From NCBI RefSeq assembly GCF_036588685.1, contig NC_086382.1, positions 71,052,001-71,116,000 on the forward strand: a DNA stretch of 64,000 bases, written 5' to 3'. Of the stretch, positions 57,075 through 64,000 are shown piece after piece. The stretch's first letter is position 1. Every line of letters starts with the position of its first letter. A program made the position numbers and the translations under genes. A model generated the notes under the pieces. It saw only the letters and a program-made list of their open reading frames with translations, was not told the DNA's origin and ran no database searches. Origin of the DNA: Mytilus trossulus (taxonomy: Eukaryota).

Positions 57075-57622
57075 AATGCAATTTGGATATAACAATTTTT
57101 TACATTGGCTAAAAGTTGCCGTCCAATCCACAGTTGACCAGGCGCAACTAAGGAGAGACCCGCCATTTTGAATTGATGAATCAACAAATGTTCAATTACT
57201 ACTATTTAATCGAAAATAAAACAACACCTACCTCAAATTCGCCGTTTTAATGTAATTTTATTCGAATTTGAAGCGTACAGGTAACGTAATAACCTCCAGT
57301 TTGTAAGTTTTCATTCGAATGACGTCACGTTTAGTTATGACGTCTTTGTGCCAAAATCAATCATGAAGTTTCGCGGATTTTTTTTTTGTTTTGACAAATT
57401 TAGACATTTTTTTAAGTTTTATCGTATTTTTTTCGCATTGTAATGCATCAGAATCGGAATAACAGTACTGTAGTTGAAGAGTTGTCACCGTCAATTTTGA
57501 TATGACGGTCGCAAATCTCCGTTTTACTGTCTCCGCTACGCGTCGCAATTAAAACTGCATTTGCGACCGTCAAATCTACAATTGACGGTGGCAACTCTTC
57601 AACTAGAGTACTGTTATTCCTT
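57075..57622. mobile_element. Unclassified (possibly Crypton-like) element with a long inverted repeat at its 3' end
   Basis: Arms of ~60 bp at 57456-57516 and 57559-57620; ATTGGCT motif near the 5' end; same layout as 9608-9955 and 29380-29676. Confidence 0.5.
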
Positions 57623-57676
57623 AAATAATATATATATTTTCATAGATGGCCTTCCAAATACCGTTTCGATCCCTAA

Positions 57677-57718
57677 CATCACTGAAGAGACATTTATTGT
57701 CGAAATCCGGATATGGTG
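57677..57718 (+). ncRNA. Type I minimal hammerhead ribozyme (array copy 1)
   Basis: CATCA-CTGAAGA-GAC atttatt GTC-GAA-ATCCGGAT-A-TGGTG: CUGANGA and GAAA core, 3-bp stem II, palindromic helix III, stem I CAUCA/UGGUG. Predicted cleavage after 57713. Confidence 0.82.
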
Positions 57719-58236
57719 TACTAAAGAAATATTGACACCGAATGTTTGTGGCACAACATCCTGTCCACAAGTTAACAATTTTTTTTTCTGTGACGTATTA
57801 AATTTATATTAACATCTTGTGATCAATTTTATTTGGCAATCGTCAATGGCAGTCAGCAGGGTTAAAGAACATCAGTTGTTCGACCTGTTAGTCAAATGCG
57901 TTTTGTTTAAATATACTTTTTCACGCTTTTGGTCTTTTGGAAAATGTTGTTTGTGCTGTTTTTAGACCCTTCTACAACGAAATTTGTTTGACATGCACAC
58001 GTATAAAAATTGCGGTTTTTATCCAACGCAGTCATAGGTTTGAACGTAGTTTTCAATTTAGACTCGTTTATATTTTTTGTTTGGGCATGTATCATATTTT
58101 CCCTCCGGTTTATATGATCCGTTCATCCTATATATTGACTCTTAAAATTCAAGAGTTAATCTAAAAATGAGGGTACTTTCTCTAAAAAATGAGGGTACTT
58201 TTTATATGGCCTTCCAAATACCGTTTCGATCCCTAA

Positions 58237-58278
58237 CATCACTGAAGAGACATTTATTGTCGAAATCCGGATATGGTG
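58237..58278 (+). ncRNA. Type I minimal hammerhead ribozyme (array copy 2)
   Basis: Identical to copy 1; predicted cleavage after 58273. Confidence 0.82.
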
Positions 58279-58798
58279 TACTAAAGAAATATTGACACCG
58301 AATGTTTGTGGCACAACATCCTGTCCACAAGTTAACAATTTTTTTTTTCTGTGACGTATTAAATTTATATTAACATCTTGTGATCAATTTTATTTGGCAA
58401 TCGTCAATGGCAGTCAGCAGGGTTAAAGAACATCAGTTGTTCGACCTGTTAGTCAAATGCGTTTTGTTTAAATATACTTTTTCACGCTTTTGGTCTTTTG
58501 GAAAATGTTGTTTGTGCTGTTTTTAGACCCTTCTACAACGAAATTTGTTTGACATGCACACGTATAAAAATTGCGGTTTTTATCCAACGCAGTCATAGGT
58601 TTGAACGTAGTTTTCAATTTAGACTCGTTTATATTTTTTGTTTGGGCATGTATCATATTTTCCCTCCGGTTTATATGATCCGTTCATCCTATATATTGAC
58701 TCTTAAAATTCAAGAGTTAATCTAAAAATTAGGGTACTTTCTCTAAAAAAATGAGGGTACTTTTTATATGGCCTTCCAAATACCGTTTCGATCCCTAA

Positions 58799-58840
58799 CA
58801 TCACTGAAGAGACATTTATTGTCGAAATCCGGATATGGTG
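58799..58840 (+). ncRNA. Type I minimal hammerhead ribozyme (array copy 3)
   Basis: Identical to copy 1; predicted cleavage after 58835. Confidence 0.82.
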
Positions 58841-61008
58841 TACTAAAGAAATATTGACACCGAATGTTTGTGGCACAACATCCTGTCCACAAGTTAACAA
58901 TTTTTTTTTTCTGTGACGTATTAAATTTATATTAACATCTTGTGATCAATTTTATTTGGCAATCGTCAATGGCAGTCAGCAGGGTTAAAGAACATCAGTT
59001 GTTCGACCTGTTAGTCAAATGCGTTTTGTTTAAATATACTTTTTCACGCTTTTGGTCTTTTGGAAAATGTTGTTTGTGCTGTTTTTAGACCCTTCTACAA
59101 CGAAATTTGTTTGACATGCACACGTATAAAAATTGCGGTTTTTATCCAACGCAGTCATAGGTTTGAACGTAGTTTTCAATTTAGACTCGTTTATTTTCAT
59201 AGATGTATATACGAAGGTAAACGTAAAATAGTAATTTATTATGAATCAAAACCTGTTTTTTTTTTTCGCGTGGTTTATACTTCTGAAAATTCTCAAATTT
59301 TAAAGCTAATGAAATTTATTAGTCAATATATATCTATATTTATTCATATGACAAATCTCACTGAAGATGTCTACACAAAACAACTGGTTAGACATTCACC
59401 GAAGTTTAATGCAATAAATCTGAATGTATGACGTATTTTCTATAGTCGTAATAACAAGTAGATTTAAAACATACAAAAAGATTTTCATTATATCTTTTAA
59501 TAGATGATAATATCTAACATTCAGTTTAACATCCAGAAAAAATGTTTCCACATTTAAAACTTAATGTAGATAATCTGCCTATCTTACCGCTGCACCGGGG
59601 TACCTGATTCGCCATTTTTTTTTAAACTATTTTGTTTGTCAATTTTTAGGTTTCTTTGCAGAGTTTTTGAATTGTTTGCCTTTTTTTTATATTCTCGTAT
59701 TAGCTACTATGTTGTCTATTCTATTTCACTTGAGACCTTTTTTTGTTATCTCCTTGGTATCGCTCCTCTTTATTAGAACAATTGATTGGGACTGCTTGCT
59801 ATCAATTTGAAAAGTCCAGATAACTGACTTATGCTTCACTTAAGTTACAGTACTAGGCATACATATATTCCCGTTTATAAAAAAGTAAATGTGGTATGTT
59901 TGCCAATGAGACAAATGGTTTAACACTAGTAATTTTTTGGACCCTGTATAGCTTGCTGTTGGGTGTGAGCCAATGCTCCGTGTTGAAGACCGTACCTTGA
60001 CCTATAATGGTTTATTTAAATAAATTGTGACTAAACACTTGAATGATGAGTTGTCTCGTTAGCACTCATCTCACATCTTCCTATATCTATGCATATATTG
60101 CCCTCGCAATGGACGATGAAAAATACATTACAATAGTTGAGCACATATAACATTCATTCCGACAGTTATGTAAATGTCATGTTCTCTTGACACCTGTATT
60201 CAATAAAAAATAACAAGTTTTTATTTATTTACAATATGCCTAAAGCAAAGAGTATCAAATGTATGACAAATTAAAAAAAGAAGTCAAGCGGTAATAGATA
60301 CTCAGCAACCAAAACAGATACAGAAAAAAGACAAATACAAATAAACAACAGTCAATACTTTTAATAGACAAAAGTCAAACTCAAGCAGCACATACAGTTT
60401 TCTCAATCTACAACGCAACATGGTTGTCGATAGCTGCTTACATCAACGTCATTTGAACTACATTGTATTGTGGGTATTTATATCATTGACGATTATTCCA
60501 AGCCTAGTGATTTTTTTGTTCGGCGTACCATCTGCATAATCAAAAGTACACACGTGTGCTGCGCATAGACAACTATCGTATTCACATCTATTCCAATGAC
60601 TGGATTGGTAAAAAACAGAATTTTAAGAATTTTGGATTCCCAAAGGTCTTCAACTGCATAATTGTTTGGGCTTTTATGTTTCTTTTTTTATTCTATCGTT
60701 TTTGATATGTTTTTTGAATTTGTTCACAATTTTAATCATATTATACGATAACATACTTTAATGTATCCACAACTACAAGGGTTGTCTTTTAAGCTTTTAA
60801 CTTGCTTCATTTAGCATTTGAGAATTTACCAAGATAATTAGTATCTTATTAAACAATTTTAAAAATATTCAATCATCAGTCAACTTCAAATTCGTAACAT
60901 TCAACTAGTGTAATTCATTTTTTTCTTTGACAGATCTAGGATAAGAAACGTCCAAAGTTCAAGTTTCAAACATCGATAATTTACACAGTATAAGTATCAT
61001 TTGCCGCA

Positions 61009-63570
61009 ATGAAACATTTGGCTAAACTGGTATTTTACTTGCTCATGCTGTGTTGTCATTCTGGATCTTCTAAAACATGTCGAATGAAAGAAAGAAACAC
61101 TATTGCAGACTGCACAAAGAGTGGACTACAAGACATACCTAAATACTTGCCACTGAACATATCAGAGCTTGATCTAAGTCATAATAAAATATCGTTCCTT
61201 AGAAACAATGCATTCCAACGATTTGAGAATTTGACGGTATTAAAGCTTGATTATAACAATTTAGAGAACATTGACACAGAATCCTTCAATGGTCTCTCCA
61301 AACTCAGATGGCTTTCAATGGAGAAAAATAAACTTGATATTTCATCACGTGATTTCAAACATGTATTTAAACCTCTGAATAATTTGAACCATTTAGACAT
61401 TAGATACAATATGGATAAATTGGTAACCAAAGCTACAGTAGAATATCCATTTTTCGGTTACATGTCTAACCTGACAACTCTATATATGGACCTGGCTGAA
61501 AACCCTGTTTTCAATTCGAGTGGTTTTGAGTTGATGCTTAACCTTCAAACTGTTAGATTTGAAAAATGCTATTTAAAACAAATGCTTAACGACACTTTGA
61601 TAAACTTGCCACGAAATATTATCTCAATTTATTTTTATAGGTGTTATTCGTTTATATCGTTTGTAGAACCTAACTTTTTAAGACCTTTTCCTGTACTGAA
61701 GGAACTAACTATGTTTAAAGTTCGTGTCCGATTCGACGATGCATTGAAACTTTTGTACCCGTTCACTGGCAAGGAAATGACATCGATAAGCTTTATACAA
61801 GTAATTGGGTTTGCAGCTAAGCCAGTCTTCATTACTCGTGATATGGTGAAATATCTAAAAGAAATTTGCGTTCAAACATTAGTTCTAGGAGAAAGTGAAA
61901 TAGTTGGATATGAGGAAAATTCTTTACTTGCGTTTAAATATCCACAATGTTTGGAATATGTTGTATTTTCAGGCAATCGGTTTTCACTGGGAATAGAAAA
62001 TCATGAAATGGAACTCATAGTTGTTGCAATGAAAGCAACAAATTTGAAGTACTTTGACTTATCGTACAATGCCATTAATTTCAATGATGTGACGTACTGT
62101 AATATTGAGGCTCTTCGAAATGTTTCTTATAGAAACGAAATATACAGCAATGGGTGTGAAGTTAAAACGAAAGTAGCTGAACAATATCAAATTTCAAATT
62201 CAAATCTTCGATATTCTGACATGACTGAAGAAATAAATATAACTGTTTCGATGCCTGCAAACCTAACCTTTTTCCGACTATCGCATTATATGACATCATA
62301 TAAAGAGTACGGACTAAATTTCTTTGTAAAAAACTCAGCTACTTTGAGATACCTGGATTTGTCGTACTGGAAAGTTTCATATTTTCCAAATATATACTCC
62401 GTCACTCCATTCAACATAAAATATTTGGACTTAACTGGTGTCAGCTCAATGCTTTTTATCCACAAATCATCAGTGCCTATATTTCAAAATATCGAAACTG
62501 CAATTATGAAGGATACAATGATTGATGAAACCATTAGAAGAAATGGTAATGTATTTAAACTATTCCCGACTGTTGAAAAGTTCGATATATCATACAACAA
62601 TGTCTTATATCTGGATGATGATTCTTTTTTGTTGAATACAAGACTATCGAACCTGAACATGGCAAACAATTTACTATCAACAATTCCAAAGGCAGTGATG
62701 AGTTTAGCGCACCTTAATAGATTGGATATCAGATATAATCGAATTCAGACAATTGGACAAACATTCAGAACATGGCTTGATTCGAAAAGTGAAAGTAGAA
62801 AGTTTCTTCTACTTATAAAAGGTAATAGTTTCAAATGTACGTGTGATACATCCGATTTCATTCAGTGGATATTCAACACGAAAGTTGATTTCGATCAAAA
62901 CAAAAAACGATACAATTGTACTTTGACTAACGGAACAGAAACCAATACATTGTTGGTTTATAGTCGGTTTCATGACCATTTCGGTAACTGTGATAGCAAA
63001 ACTTGGTTACGTTTAGGTATTGGCCTCATCGTTTCCTTTTTTGGTTTGACTATAATTATTGCCGTTATCTTTAACTTTCGATGGAAAATCACATATTGGG
63101 TATACCAAAATTTTAGGAAGGCAGTAGAAAAAAGGTTGGAAAGAAAGTTTAGATATGACATCTACTTGACATATGCTGATGACAGAATTCAATGGGTTCG
63201 TGAAGTTCTCCTGCCGCGTATAGAAAATTCATGGAACATGACCGTCTGCATAGAAGATCGGGATTTCGAGCTTGGAATTTCGCAGGCAGATGCAATAGCA
63301 AATGCCATTGCGGGAAGTAAACATGCAATTTTCATAATTTCAGATATATACAACGATAAATCCTGGAGTCAGTATGAAATTGAAAGAGTAAAATATGAAA
63401 AATGTTCAAATTATTTGCAAAAAACTGTTGTTATTGTAAAAGATGCAAATGTGTCTTCAATTTTACACGAATTAGACAACATTTTACAACATTTGATAAT
63501 AATAGATTGGACTAATGATGAAACTGGTTGGGATAAATTACGTATGGCATTGTTTACGGAAGCTTTTTGA
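61009..63570 (+). CDS. Toll-like receptor B, tandem paralogue of the 45-kb TLR, intronless CDS, 853 aa
   Basis: 853-aa ORF colinear with TLR A over its whole length (LDLSHNKI, FDLSYNAINF, GNSFKCTCDTSDFI, WLRLGIGL, YDIYLTY, CIEDRDF, NETGWDKLRM-like end). Splice acceptor (tttctttgacag, ending 60933) upstream of the ATG. Confidence 0.95.
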   Translation: MKHLAKLVFYLLMLCCHSGSSKTCRMKERNTIADCTKSGLQDIPKYLPLNISELDLSHNKISFLRNNAFQRFENLTVLKLDYNNLENIDTESFNGLSKLRWLSMEKNKLDISSRDFKHVFKPLNNLNHLDIRYNMDKLVTKATVEYPFFGYMSNLTTLYMDLAENPVFNSSGFELMLNLQTVRFEKCYLKQMLNDTLINLPRNIISIYFYRCYSFISFVEPNFLRPFPVLKELTMFKVRVRFDDALKLLYPFTGKEMTSISFIQVIGFAAKPVFITRDMVKYLKEICVQTLVLGESEIVGYEENSLLAFKYPQCLEYVVFSGNRFSLGIENHEMELIVVAMKATNLKYFDLSYNAINFNDVTYCNIEALRNVSYRNEIYSNGCEVKTKVAEQYQISNSNLRYSDMTEEINITVSMPANLTFFRLSHYMTSYKEYGLNFFVKNSATLRYLDLSYWKVSYFPNIYSVTPFNIKYLDLTGVSSMLFIHKSSVPIFQNIETAIMKDTMIDETIRRNGNVFKLFPTVEKFDISYNNVLYLDDDSFLLNTRLSNLNMANNLLSTIPKAVMSLAHLNRLDIRYNRIQTIGQTFRTWLDSKSESRKFLLLIKGNSFKCTCDTSDFIQWIFNTKVDFDQNKKRYNCTLTNGTETNTLLVYSRFHDHFGNCDSKTWLRLGIGLIVSFFGLTIIIAVIFNFRWKITYWVYQNFRKAVEKRLERKFRYDIYLTYADDRIQWVREVLLPRIENSWNMTVCIEDRDFELGISQADAIANAIAGSKHAIFIISDIYNDKSWSQYEIERVKYEKCSNYLQKTVVIVKDANVSSILHELDNILQHLIIIDWTNDETGWDKLRMALFTEAF

Positions 63571-64000
63571 TTAGTTTTTTTTATTCCTCGTCAACATTTC
63601 GCCGTGTAGTCTCAACAATAAAATGATTTTTCTTGAAAACACTAAAATTGTACTCTGCCATAGAAAAGAAACCAAATTAAGGATTTCTTAACACTCTAAT
63701 AATTCTAAATTATATATTTTATGTTGCAGGGAACACAGAAAAGTTTATTATACCAATGATGTCATACCTGTCAAAATTATCACAAAAATTAAATGAAAGA
63801 TTTTCGTCCTTTACAAAACATTTTGATTCCACATGAAGCAAACTTAGAAACCATTATCATTGAGGTATTTAATTAAAACAAACCAAGAGGTTTGATGACC
63901 CCGCTTGTCAACCAACAAAATAAGAACAGTAGGTTGATATGCAAGTTGTAATTATTACCTTGAAAACTGCTGCATAAAGAGACAATCTTCAGGCATAAAT

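Larger units (their letters stand above)
57646..59193 (+). mobile_element. Tandem array (~2.75 x 560-562 bp) with one hammerhead ribozyme per unit: putative non-LTR retrozyme
   Basis: Units start at 57646, 58206 and 58768 and are near-identical. The array is bracketed by the direct repeat TATTTTCATAGATG (57635-57648 and 59192-59205). Confidence 0.8.

Noticed and set aside
57646-59193. Array as CRISPR or plain satellite
   Set aside because: No unique spacers, eukaryotic context, low copy number, flanking direct repeat and a ribozyme in each unit.
57561-59431. Repeated 60-120-aa ORFs in the tandem array
   Set aside because: They recur only because the DNA is repeated; non-ATG starts, no motifs, and homopolymer indels between units change their ends.

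Overview
AT-rich, intron-containing animal DNA, most likely a bivalve mollusc (Mytilus-like; inferred from gene and repeat content, not from a search). I reconstructed by hand, with consistent splice phases, a divergent BDH2 (-, 9 coding exons, 247 aa) / PDXK (+, 10 exons, 300 aa, one GC-AG intron) pair and a dermatopontin/hemagglutinin-amebocyte-aggregation-factor (HAAF)-like gene (-, 4 exons, 170 aa). The window also holds two paralogous intronless Toll-like receptors and, between them, a frame-disrupted secreted Gly/Tyr-rich gene carrying a six-cysteine module spaced like an alpha-defensin. The non-coding DNA contains non-autonomous DNA transposons (Kolobok-like, Ginger-like, P-like), a Penelope-like RT fragment and five type I minimal hammerhead ribozyme motifs. 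Top observations: (1) a near-perfect ~2.75 x 561-bp tandem array with one hammerhead per unit and a flanking direct repeat, the architecture of a retrozyme (circular-RNA retroelement), upstream of the second TLR; (2) the alpha-defensin-like module inside a shematrin-like Gly-rich protein; (3) a 17+17-bp palindrome made of the two ends of a P-like element, resembling an excision footprint; (4) a decayed HAAF exon suggesting the TLR pair arose by tandem duplication of a HAAF-TLR block. No searches or folding were run; family names rest on motif recognition.
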